A DNA stretch of 64,000 nt, taken from NCBI GenBank assembly GCA_963749495.1, contig CAVVMW010000012.1:320001-384000 (forward strand). The letters are read 5' to 3'. Below the pieces are notes generated by a model. It worked only from the letters and a program-made list of their open reading frames with translations, made no database searches and was not told the origin of the DNA. A program made the translations under genes and the position numbers. The DNA is from an uncultured bacterium (lineage in GTDB: Bacteria; Verrucomicrobiota; Verrucomicrobiia; Limisphaerales; UBA8199). Positions 51,601 to 61,396 of the stretch are shown here, one piece after another. Each line of letters begins with the position of its first letter. The first letter of the stretch is position 1.

Positions 51601-53024
51601 GGAACCTGGCGGCTTCGGGGGCATTGGTGGCCTTCATGGCCTGGGCATCCCAGTAGAGTTTCTTTTGGGCGCGCATGGCGACCAGGCCGAGGAGGCCGAC
51701 TTCGGTCAAGGCGGCGCCGTATTGGAAATTGGAGCTGGCGGGGGCGCCGCCCTTGGCGGCATTGAGCCAATCGCGGTGGTGGCCCTTGGAGCGGGGGAGC
51801 GTCTTGGGAGGGCGTTTGTAATCGTCCTCGCGGGAGCCGGGCAGGAGCCTGGGGTGGCCGGCCTAACCCGGGCAAGTGAGCAGACCTTTGTCGCCGACGA
51901 ATAGGATGCCATTGCCGTTGACGCCCAATTTGTCGTCCGGCTCCAACCCATCCGGACGCGCGGGCATCAGGCCGCCTTCATACCACGTGAACTTGACGGG
52001 GGGCATGTTGCCGCGGGGGCCGAAGGTGTAATAATAAATGCCCGCGATGGGGGCGATGTACCCGTCCACACTTCCAGCGGGGTGGGCCTCGATTCGTAAG
52101 GGGGTGCTTGAGGTCGAGCGCCCAGCAGGCGGGGTCGAAATTGTGGCAGAAGAAGTCCCCGATGGGGGCGGTGCCGAAGTCCCAGAAATCGCGCCAGGTG
52201 ACCGGCATATAGGCGGGGCTATAGTCGCGGGTCTGGCGCGGACCCAGCCAGAGGTCCCAGTTGAGGCCCTTGGGGACCGGTTGGCCGTGCGGGCGCCCGG
52301 AGAGAATGGCCGTGTTCCAGCGGGAAGCATTGGTCCAGGCATGGACCTCGCGCACGTCCCCGATGGCGCCGGCCCAGAGCATCTCGCAGGTCATGCGGAT
52401 GCTGTCGCCCGAATGGCCCTGGTTGCCCAACTGGGTGGCGACGCCGGTTTCCTGGGCCACCCGGGCCACCTGGCGCGCCTCCCAGACGTTGTGGGTGAGC
52501 GGCTTCTCGCAATAGACGTGTTTGCCTTGCCTCATGGCGGTCACGCACACATAGGCGTGCAGATGGTTGGGCGTGGCGCACAGAATCGCGTTGATGGCCT
52601 TCTCTTTCTCCAACATGGTGCGGAAGTCCTCGTAGTCGGCCACCTTGTAGTTCGGTGTCCTGGCTGAGTAGTGCTTCTGGACCTCGTCCTTGACCGGCAG
52701 ACGGCCGGCGTTGCTCTGGAAGTAGAAGGCGTGCAGATCCTCGAATTCAGCCGGGTCCGCCAGGGCGATAATCTGCGCGTCCGCTTGCCCGAAAAGCTCG
52801 CGGATATTCGCCTGGCCCTGTCCGCCGCAGCCCACAACGGCGATATTGACCTTCTCGCTGGGCGCCACGAATTTGGCCCCGCCCAGCACGTGCCGCGGCA
52901 CCAGGCTAATGCCCGCCGCCGCCGCCGCCGTGCTGCCGATGAAACGGCGCCGGCTCAGGCCGCCCTGGGGAACGATTTCCTTTTCCGTCACGGAATCTGC
53001 GCTCGAGGCATTGGGAGTCTTCAT
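51563..53024 (-). pseudogene. Tat-exported Gfo/Idh/MocA oxidoreductase (frameshift ~52095, in-frame TAG at 51863; may be sequencing errors)
   Basis: SRRRFI, VG.GGQG, HVYCEKPL, WDLWLGP; reads past TAG to YRRGWEVG*. Confidence 0.85.
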
Positions 53025-53116
53025 GATCGATTTCGTTTTATTTCAACGGGTGCCATAGGGGGCCTTCGAGAGCGGCAGGTCAAGCAGAAAAGGGGGAGAT
53101 TCGAGGCAGGAGGCAG

Positions 53117-53178
53117 GCAGAAAAATGGGGGCAGAAAGATAAGATATAAACTCATCTTTCTGCCCCCATTTTTCTGCC
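53117..53178. repeat. Palindromic repeat, same family as 48489
   Basis: Near-identical arms. Confidence 0.8.
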
Positions 53179-53199
53179 TGCTTCAGATTTCGACTTCTC

Positions 53200-55794
53200 T
53201 CATCTCCCTGCTCGCAGCGTCTCTGTGGTTATGCTTGGCCTTCCGAAAGCCCTTGCTTGTTCCGTCAGAAGGTCTTTCGCCAGGGCATGACTGGGGTCGC
53301 GCCTCAGGACTCTCCTCAATAAGGACAACCCGCGTGTCCTCTCTCCCAATCCAAGGCGCGCCTGGGCCTCCAGAAAGAGGGCGGTGGTCTGCTGGCGAAA
53401 CTGCAGGTCATTCTCGAAGAGCAGCATCGTCGGCAGCGAGGTGGCGAAGTAATCAATCTTGGCTTCCGCCCTGTGCAACCGCCGCGCGCAGGCCAGCAAT
53501 TGGCCAAACAGTTTGCGCGCCCTCGCCTTTCGGCCCAGGCGCTCCCACGAGAGGGCCGAATAATAGGTCATCTCGCTGAAGGCGCGGGCGCTCATTTGCT
53601 GGAAATCGCCCTGGAAAGTTGCCGCCGCCCGCCATTGCGCGCGCGCGGCAGCCGCCTCGCCGCGCTCGGCCAGCGCGCAGCCCAGCCAATAGTGGATGTC
53701 GCTCGGGTTGGCCAGCAGATGCCGGGCCTCGCCGAGGTTTTGCGGCGCCGCCAAAGCGGCGCGGAAATGGGCGACGGCGCAGTCGAGAACCTTCCGTTTC
53801 TTCGCCTCACGGCCCGAGCAAGCCGGCGCGGATCGCCCTCGTGCAGCCGAACTCCCCTGAGCGCACACATCGGTCCCTCGCCTTCGGCCCCTCGCCCCTC
53901 GCCCATCGCCCCTCGGCCGCTCGTCCCTCGGCCCCGTCGCGGCCTGCCGGAGCGCCAGCCGGCCCAGCGCCAGGCGCGAGCGGACGTGCTGCCCGAGCGG
54001 ACCGCCCTCGCCGCCTTCCCAGGGCTGGAAGTTGCGCGAACTGACCAGAGCCAGCGCGTCCTCGTGCCGGCCGGTCTGGTTGTAGAGCGCGCACAGTTCA
54101 ACGCTCAGGTCGTCCCGCTGCCGCATAAATGCGGCGTTCCGGGGGACAGTGCCGGGATGCGCCCGGTCGCACTTGAGTGTCCGGCCCTTGAGGTGCCTTG
54201 CCCACCAATCGAGGCGATCCAGGCGCAATGTCTCCTCCAGGAGCGCCTCGGCCCTGGCGCTGGCGCCCAGTTTGCGCAGGACCAAGACCTTGAGGTCGCG
54301 CGCGCGCAGATTGTCCGAGTCCAGCCGGAGCGCGCGGTCGAGGTGGTCGAGCGACTCGGTCCCCCGGAGTTGCAGATCGGCCTCCATGAGGCGCCGAAGC
54401 CCGCAAGGTTTTGGACTGCGGCAGTCCTCTGCCGCTTTCGCTTCGCCCTGCCCAGGGGTCGGGAAAAGCGGCAGAGGACTGCCGCAGTCCAAAACGCTTC
54501 GCGTTGCACGGCCACCCGTGCCGTTCATGGTCCCAGTGGACGATTTCAAATCGTGGAGGCCCTCCATGATGCCGGGCGGCAGTGGGATTTCCTCGAGCAC
54601 AGGTTTGCCCGGGGCCAAATCCCGGCGCAAGCGGCCGAGTATCTCGCAGGGGCGCTCGGCAGGGCCATCAGGTTCTCCTGCGCGCCGGTGCTCAAGGATG
54701 ATCCACGCCTTCGGATGGGCGGCCGTTGCCGCCACACCGAGCCGGACGACGGCAGTCTGGGGATGGCTGCTTTTTGGCTGCGGCCGGGCCTGGTTGACCC
54801 GCAGCGAGATGGCCGCCTCCAAATTGGCGTGCCGGGCCGGGCCGATCTTCTGGATCGGGTACCGATACTGGCTCCAGCTCTTGGTCTCCCCGGGCTGCAG
54901 GAAGCTGAAGTCGGGCTGGTTGTCCGTATAGACACCCGCCATGAGTTCGATATAGGGAGCGTACTGGCCTTGGGCGTCAGGGTCGGTCAAATTGCGGTCC
55001 CACGCGTAGCCGAACTGGTGGTTCCCCCACGTCCACTGTTTCTTGCCGGGCGCGATGTGGTGGTTGGCGACGTGGACGATGCCCGCCTGGGCCGCGTAAT
55101 CGTAACCGCCAAAAAAATCCTCCCGCGAGTCCGCGCACATGTAGCTGCAGGGCGTGGGGATGTTGGCGTAGAAACCCAGGTCATTGGGCGCGTAGTCGGG
55201 AAGCTCGAGAGGCTTAACTCCGTAGGGCAGGCTTTTGAGCCTGCCGGTGAGGGCGGCTTTCAAGCCGTCCGAACCAGGCCCCAAGCCCGGCCGGCAATGC
55301 GGCGGCACGAACTGGCCCGGCACCTCGCCGCGCGGGATGCCTTTTCGCCCGCGCTCACCGTAATTGACGCCGTAGTAGAAACCCTGCGCCAACGGGTACT
55401 CGCTGGTCGAGCGCCGGGCGTGGTCGGCCACATATTGGACGTCCGGCGGGAAAAAGCTTTGATAGGCCTGGTGGACGCGCGTGGCGACGTTGGCCCACCA
55501 GAGAAAGGTCTGCACGAAGGGCGTGCGATTATAGACGCGGACCTTCAGTTCGAGGAAGGCCTTGCCCGGGTGCAGGCAAACCCCGTGCATGCCCTTCATC
55601 CGCGCCATCGGGTCGTGGTCGCTGCACCAGATTGTCTTCGCGCCGTCGGCGTGCTCCTCGATCTCGAAGTCCGCCGGCAGAAACGTGGCCGGCCGATGAT
55701 GCTGCGGCCAGTTGAACTCGATGCCCCCGGAAATCCAGGGTCCCGCCAACCCCACCAGCGCCGGCTTGATGACGCGCTGCTTACGGGCCTTCAA
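53200..55794 (-). pseudogene. DUF5107/TPR protein, N-terminally truncated, with repeat-derived in-frame inserts
   Basis: Begins at VIKPALVGLAGPWISGGIEFNWPQHH; GKKQWTWG, YIELMAG.YTDNQPDF, FQPWEGGEG, IDYFATSLP. Confidence 0.8.
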
Positions 55795-55796
55795 TC

Positions 55797-55965
55797 CTTC
55801 GTTTCCTTCGTTTCCTTCTGTTCTTTTCCTGCGTCCCGCCGGCTGGGCGCAGGAAAAGAACAGAAGGAAACGAAGGAAACGAAGAGGCGGCCTGCTGCGG
55901 CGGCATCAATCGGGCCCGTGCCAGTTTGAATCTGGACTCCTAGACACTTTTTGTGACGCACATCC
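55797..55965. repeat. Dispersed repeat family F
   Basis: (CTTCGTTTC)n..(GAAACGAAG)n hairpin plus tail homologous to 26980-27135. Confidence 0.75.
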
Positions 55966-57247
55966 CAATACTTCCTGGCGCGGCCAGTCGGGCGACGTAG
56001 GTGCCGTCCACCGCATCGGCGAAGGGGAACAATTGGCGCTCGTGTTCGAGGGTGAAACCGGGGCATTGGCGGAGGAATTCAGCGATGACCTCCTGGTTCT
56101 CTTCCGGTTCGAGGCTGCAGGTGCTATAGACCAGGCGGCCGCCGGGGCGCAACCGGGCGGCGGCTTGGCTCAGCAAATCGAGTTGGACCGCCCGCAGGCG
56201 CTGGATTTCCTGGGGCCGTATCCGCCAGCGCAGCTCCAGACGCCGCCGCATCACTCCCGTATTGGAGCACGGGGCATCCACCAGGATGCGATCAAAGCGG
56301 GCGGAGGAGGGGCCGAGCGTCGAGACGCAGGTGATGCCGAGCCGGGCGCAGTTCTGGAGGACCAGTTTGAGCCGGTCCGGGGCGTTGTCGTGTGCCACGA
56401 GCCGGCCCTGGTCGCGCATGAGCTGGGCCAGGTGGCTCAGCTTGCCGCCGGGCGCCGCGCACAGGTCCAGGACCGTGTCGCCTGGCTGGGGGTCAAGCTC
56501 CCTGGAGGCCAGCAGCGCGCTGGGGTCCTGCACGTAAAAGAGCCCCTGCTGGAAACTGGCCAGCCCAGCCAGGGGCGGACACGACTTGAGCTCGAACACC
56601 GAATTCTCCTCGACCCAGTCGCGGCAGACCAATTCGTGTTGCACGTCCTCCTCGTGCCATTGAGCCAGGAGCCTGGCGGGGTCCGCCTTGAGGGTGTTGA
56701 GCCGGGCGAAGGTGGCGGAGGGTGTGTTGTTCCACTCCATGAGGCGGGCGGCGCGGTCCGGGCCCCAGCGCCTGCGCCAGCGCTCGACGAGCCACTCGGG
56801 ATGCGAATACCCCAGATGGGGCTGCGAGACTTTCAGTTCTGCGAGCAACCGGCGGGTCGGCTCCAACTCGCGCAAGTAGCCGCGCAACAGGGCATTGACG
56901 AACCCCGCCTGGGCGCCAAAACCCATCCGCCGCGCCAATTCGACGGTTTCATGAACGGCGGCATAGGCCGGGATGCGGTCGAGCCAGAAGATCTGGAACA
57001 GACCCAGGCGCAAGAGATTTTGCAGTAGGGCCGCTTGCGTGCGATTTTTTGTCCGACGGGCAATAAGCCAATCGAGCGTTGCCTGCCAGCGGACGGTTCC
57101 ATAAACTAGCTGCTGGCAGAGATGGCGGTCGGAGGGCGGAAGCGGCGTTTGGGCCAAAGCCAGGTCGAGCCGGTGCTCGATGAAATCGCCGCCCGGGCGC
57201 CTCAGCAGCAGCCGCGCCGCAATTTCTCTTGGTTTTTGTCCGCTCAC
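55940..57247 (-). CDS. rsmB: 16S rRNA m5C967 methyltransferase RsmB/Sun
   Basis: NusB-like N domain, SHPEWL, YVQD, DLCAAPGGK, DAPCS.TG, YSTCS...EEN. Confidence 0.93.
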   Translation of the reverse strand: MSGQKPREIAARLLLRRPGGDFIEHRLDLALAQTPLPPSDRHLCQQLVYGTVRWQATLDWLIARRTKNRTQAALLQNLLRLGLFQIFWLDRIPAYAAVHETVELARRMGFGAQAGFVNALLRGYLRELEPTRRLLAELKVSQPHLGYSHPEWLVERWRRRWGPDRAARLMEWNNTPSATFARLNTLKADPARLLAQWHEEDVQHELVCRDWVEENSVFELKSCPPLAGLASFQQGLFYVQDPSALLASRELDPQPGDTVLDLCAAPGGKLSHLAQLMRDQGRLVAHDNAPDRLKLVLQNCARLGITCVSTLGPSSARFDRILVDAPCSNTGVMRRRLELRWRIRPQEIQRLRAVQLDLLSQAAARLRPGGRLVYSTCSLEPEENQEVIAEFLRQCPGFTLEHERQLFPFADAVDGTYVARLAAPGSIGMCVTKSV

Positions 57248-57299
57248 GACCTTTAATAGTCGCATTCCCCGCCGGGGGGAGGCGAGGCGGAAGATGGAT

Positions 57300-59130
57300 A
57301 TGAGAGAAGAATTTGAGAAAATGGCGGCGGCAGGCAAGCTGGAGCGCCACCACATCGAGTCGCTAGTGCAGCTTGCCGCCAGCGGGTTTTGCATGCACCG
57401 CAGTTGGGGCTTCGGGCGGATACGGACGGTGGACACCGTCTTTGCCCGGTTCACGATCGATTTTCCGGACAAGCAGGGGCACGCGATGGACCTGGGGTTC
57501 GCGGCGGAGTCGCTCAAGCCGATCGGCAAAGACCATATCCTGGCCCGCAAGGCGGTGGACCTGGAGGGACTCAGGCAACTGGCGGCGACCAACCACCTCG
57601 AACTGGTCAAGCTGGTCCTCACCAGCTTCGGCGGCAAGGCCACAGCCGACCAAGTCCAGCAGGTGCTGGTGCCCGATGTCATCCGGGACGACTGGAAGAA
57701 ATGGTGGGAGGCGACCAAGCGGGAACTGCGCCAGGACGGCCATTTCCAGGTGCCCCTCAAAAAGACCGAGCCGATCCTTTACCAGGCCAAAGAGGTCTCC
57801 CTGCAAGACCGCCTGCTGGAGGAGTTTCGCGCCGCAAAGGGCCTCAAGGCGCGCCTGACGGTCGCCGGAGAACTCATCCGCAACGCCCACGACCTGTCCG
57901 ACAAACAGGCCGCCGCCCTCGATGTCATCACCGCCCTCAACACCGAGATCGCCAACTACCAGCGCACCCAGCCGGCCGTGGCCCTGGAGGCCATCTTCGC
58001 CCGCGACGACGTTCCGGCAAATGGCCGGGCTGGAGCGCGCACCCGAGGAACCCGAGGCGCGCGCTGTCTGGGGCCTGGACCCCAGGCTCGGGCCGCTGAT
58101 GGAGGGGCTGCCCGCCACCAAGCACCGCCGTGCGCTCGAATCGTTCGAGGCCGCTACTCCCGACCGCTGGCAGGAGGCCCTGCGCAACAACCTCAACAGC
58201 GTCACCGCCAAGCTTTGCCGCGAGTTCGCCGCCCTCCTCATCCACAAGGGCCACATCGACCTCCTCAAAGAGACCCTCGCCCGCCTCATCAGCCAGCACA
58301 CCGCCAGCAGCGAGTTGTTGCTCTGGCTGGCCAAAGACCGCAACGACTCCTTCGCCGACATCCTCGGCCCGGAGGTCTTCCGCGCCATGCTCACCGCCAT
58401 GGAGCGCGACCAGTTCAACGAGCGGCGCTCCAACCGCCTGCGGGACTACATCCTGGACGACCAGGAACTGCTGGTCGAACTCATCGGCTCGGCCGACCTT
58501 GAGGTGATCAAGGACCTGACCCGCGCCCTCCAGCTCTCGCCCTCCTTCGACGACATGGACAAACGCTCGCTGCTGGCCCGCATCGTCAAGAGCTACCCCG
58601 CCGTTCAGTCGCTCATCTCCGGCGAGCAAACCAAGCAGGAGACCCACCTGGTCGTCTCCTGGGAGAGCCTGGAGCGCCGCAAGAACGAATACCGCGAGCT
58701 GGTCGAGAAAAAGATCCCCGCCAACTCCAAGGAGATCGCCCTGGCCCGCAGCTACGGCGACCTGCGCGAGAACCACGAATACAAGGCCGCCAAGGAGATG
58801 CAGAAACTGCTCATGCGCCGCAAGGCCGAACTGGAGACCCAGATCGTCCGCGCCCGCGGCACCGATTTCGCCAACGCCCGCACCGACGCCGTCAGCATCG
58901 GCACCATCGTCCGCGCCACCGACCTGGCCACCAACCAGCCGGAGTGCTTTACCATCCTCGGCGCCTGGGACTCCGAGCCGGAAAAGGGCCTGGTCAGCTA
59001 CCTCTCCCCCATCGCCCAATCCCTCCTCAACCGCAAGGTCGGCGAACAGGTCGAGTTCGAAATCAACCAGGTCCGCCACCAGCACCGCATCGACTCGATC
59101 GAGCCGTTCAAGACGCCTGCCGCGCAGTAG
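57300..59130 (+). CDS. greA: Transcription elongation factor GreA with long N-terminal extension (frameshift ~58010)
   Basis: ARSYGDLRENHEYKAAKE, ILGAWDS, SYLSPIA; N-terminal H.SWGFG and W.KWW. Confidence 0.88.
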
Positions 59131-59178
59131 GGGGGAGGTTGAGCATCCGGAGACGATCCGGTCGGTCTGAATCTCCGG

Positions 59179-59300
59179 CCCAAAGGGCCGACAGAGCCTA
59201 GCCCAGGGCTGAGGCCGCCAGGCCGATGCCCTGGGAACACACCCCCGGAAGATTAGGCGCGCCCTGAAATGGCGCCAGAGGGCTATGGCGCCCTTTCAGG
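59179..59300. repeat. REP family B, left part (continues at 61190-61290 after the IS4)
   Basis: GCCCAGGGCTGAGGCC..GCCCTGGG, GCGCCCTGAAATGGCGC, GCGCCCTTTCAGG. Confidence 0.85.
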
Positions 59301-59310
59301 GGAATGGCAC

Positions 59311-59661
59311 TTACTTAGTGCCTAAAACTTTGGCGCTTAGGCGCTTGCGTCGATGGGGATGAGGTGCCCTCTGGAAGATAATCTTGCGGGACAGCCGCTC
59401 CATGTCACGCAACAGCCCCCGCACCTGTCGGTAGTGGTTAACCGCTTGGCGCATCTGCTCGAACTCCTCCTGGGTTAGTGAGACGGTGATCGTCTTCTGC
59501 GCGACTTTGCGCGTCCACTGGTAACCGGCACCTCCGCCCGAGCGCCGCGTGCGGTCCTGCACCGAGCCCTGGCTGAGGTAGCCTATTTGGCTCAAACGGC
59601 GTCGCAATTGCTCGTATTGCCGGTCCCAGGAGGCGGTGCCCTCATACAGATTTTTGTTCAT
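59311..59661 (-). CDS. DUF6788-like IS accessory protein
   Basis: One amino-acid difference from 16352..16702. Confidence 0.72.
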   Translation of the reverse strand: MNKNLYEGTASWDRQYEQLRRRLSQIGYLSQGSVQDRTRRSGGGAGYQWTRKVAQKTITVSLTQEEFEQMRQAVNHYRQVRGLLRDMERLSRKIIFQRAPHPHRRKRLSAKVLGTK

Positions 59662-59713
59662 CGGCCTCAATTTTAGCTTGCCGGTCAAGCATAGTCCAGT
59701 ATATATACTGGAC

Positions 59714-61179
59714 ATGCACACGCCCTTTTTCCCACCCTGGCGCTCTCGCCTGGCCCGCTTGGGTTCCCGCACCGCCCACGCCTGCCGCCAGGTCCGCGCC
59801 TATACCCTCTGCCAACTGGAAAAGTGCTTCTCCTCCTCGGTACCCAGGAGTGCTTTCCCAAGGCCAAGGCCTCCGCCCACAAAAACTGCCGCGACCGCGA
59901 CTACACCCGCTGGCGCACCTTCTGGTGCATGGTCTGGCAAGCCCTCAACCCCGACGCCTCCGGGCGCGAGGTCGTGCGCCAACTCCAGGCCCTCTTCCTC
60001 TTGGAAGACGGCCCCCAGATCTCCCCCGAGGACGGCGCCTACTGCCGCGCCAAGGCCCGCCTGCCGCTCAGGCAATTCCCCAAGGTTTTGGCCGCCACCG
60101 CCCGGGCCGCCGACAAGCAAGTCCCGGCCCTGACTCAACTCCAAGGCCGGCCCCTCAAGGCCGCCGACGGCTCGGCCCTCACGCTGGCCGACACGCGCAA
60201 AAACCGAAGGGCGTATCCCCCCATGCAGTGCGCCGACAAACCCAGCTTCCCCAAGATGCGCATCGTCGTGCTCTTTTCCATGCTCAGCGGCGCGATCCTG
60301 GCCATGGCCCAAGGCAGCTTGGCGCTCTCCGAACTGTCGTTGTTGACGCTGCTCAGCAGCCAATTGGTGGCCGGGGATATCCTGGTGGCAGACCGCGGCT
60401 TCGGTTTTTACGCGGTCCTCGCCTGGCTCAAGCACCTTCTGAACGTGGACTTCATCGGGCGGTCCACGCGCCGGCTCGATGGGCGAAGGCGCCTCCGCCG
60501 CTTGGGCAGAAACGACTGGCTCTTCGTGTGGGGAAAACCCCAGCGCCGGGCTCCCTGGCTGACGCTGCTCCAATGGATTGGCTTGCCCAGCCAGTTGACG
60601 GTGCGCGTGGTCAAGGGCAGTTGCTATCAGAAAGGCTTCCGCGTACGCCAGGTCAAACTGGTGACCACGCTCTTGGACCCAGAACTCTACCCCGCCGAAC
60701 AGATCCTCCGCGCTTACTTGCGGCGGTGGCGCCTGGAGATGTGCCTGGATGACCTGAAAACCACTCTGGAAATGGAGACCCTCCGCGGGCGCAGCCCGAA
60801 CATGGTTCGCAAAGAGGCCTACACGCGCCTCATCGCCCACAATCTCATCCGTGGCACCATGGCTCAGGCCGCCACCGAACATGAGGTGCCCCTGGAGCGC
60901 ATCAGCTTCAAAGGCTCGCTGGACGCAATCCGGCACTTTACCCAGGCCATGGCCCAAGCCCGCTCCAAAAAGAAACGCCGCCAACTGTGGTCCGATCTGC
61001 TCGAAACGCTAGCCGCCGATTTGGTCCCCGAGCGGCCAAACCGACGCGAGCCGCGCGCCGTCAAACGCAAGAAAAACAAATACCCACGGCTCAACGCACC
61101 CCGCCGCAGGTTCCGCGATCATCTCAAACGTCACACGCGCCGCACCAGGGCCCGTTTGCGCAAGCTCGGTCTTATGTAA
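59714..61179 (+). CDS. IS4-family DDE transposase (frameshift near 59844)
   Basis: As copy 1. Confidence 0.9.
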
Positions 61180-61189
61180 GCGCCATTCC

Positions 61190-61290
61190 CCTTTCAGGGC
61201 GCAGGGCCCGGGTTTGTGGCGAAACCCAGGGCATCGGCCTGACGGCCTCAGCCCTGGGCTAGGTTCTGGCGGCCCGTTGGGCCGCAAGGC
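61190..61290. repeat. REP family B, right part
   Basis: Near-exact reverse complement of 1502-1600. Confidence 0.85.
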
Positions 61291-61396
61291 AGCGCAGGAA
61301 AGGCGGCTCATTCTCTCCAAACTCAGTTCACGTAGTGACAGTCGGAATCACTCGCCAGTGAACTTCCGATCCACGGACCCTCCGGCCCCAAGCTCC

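Larger units (their letters stand above)
59301..61189 (+). mobile_element. IS4-family insertion sequence, copy 2 (1889 bp)
   Basis: IRs GGAATGGCACTTAC / GTAAGCGCCATTCC; 9-bp TSD CCTTTCAGG (59292-59300 and 61190-61198). Confidence 0.95.

Noticed and set aside
14824..61189. Composite transposon or inversion bounded by the two inverted IS4 copies
   Set aside because: Each copy has its own matching 9-bp TSD, so they are independent insertions with no flank exchange.
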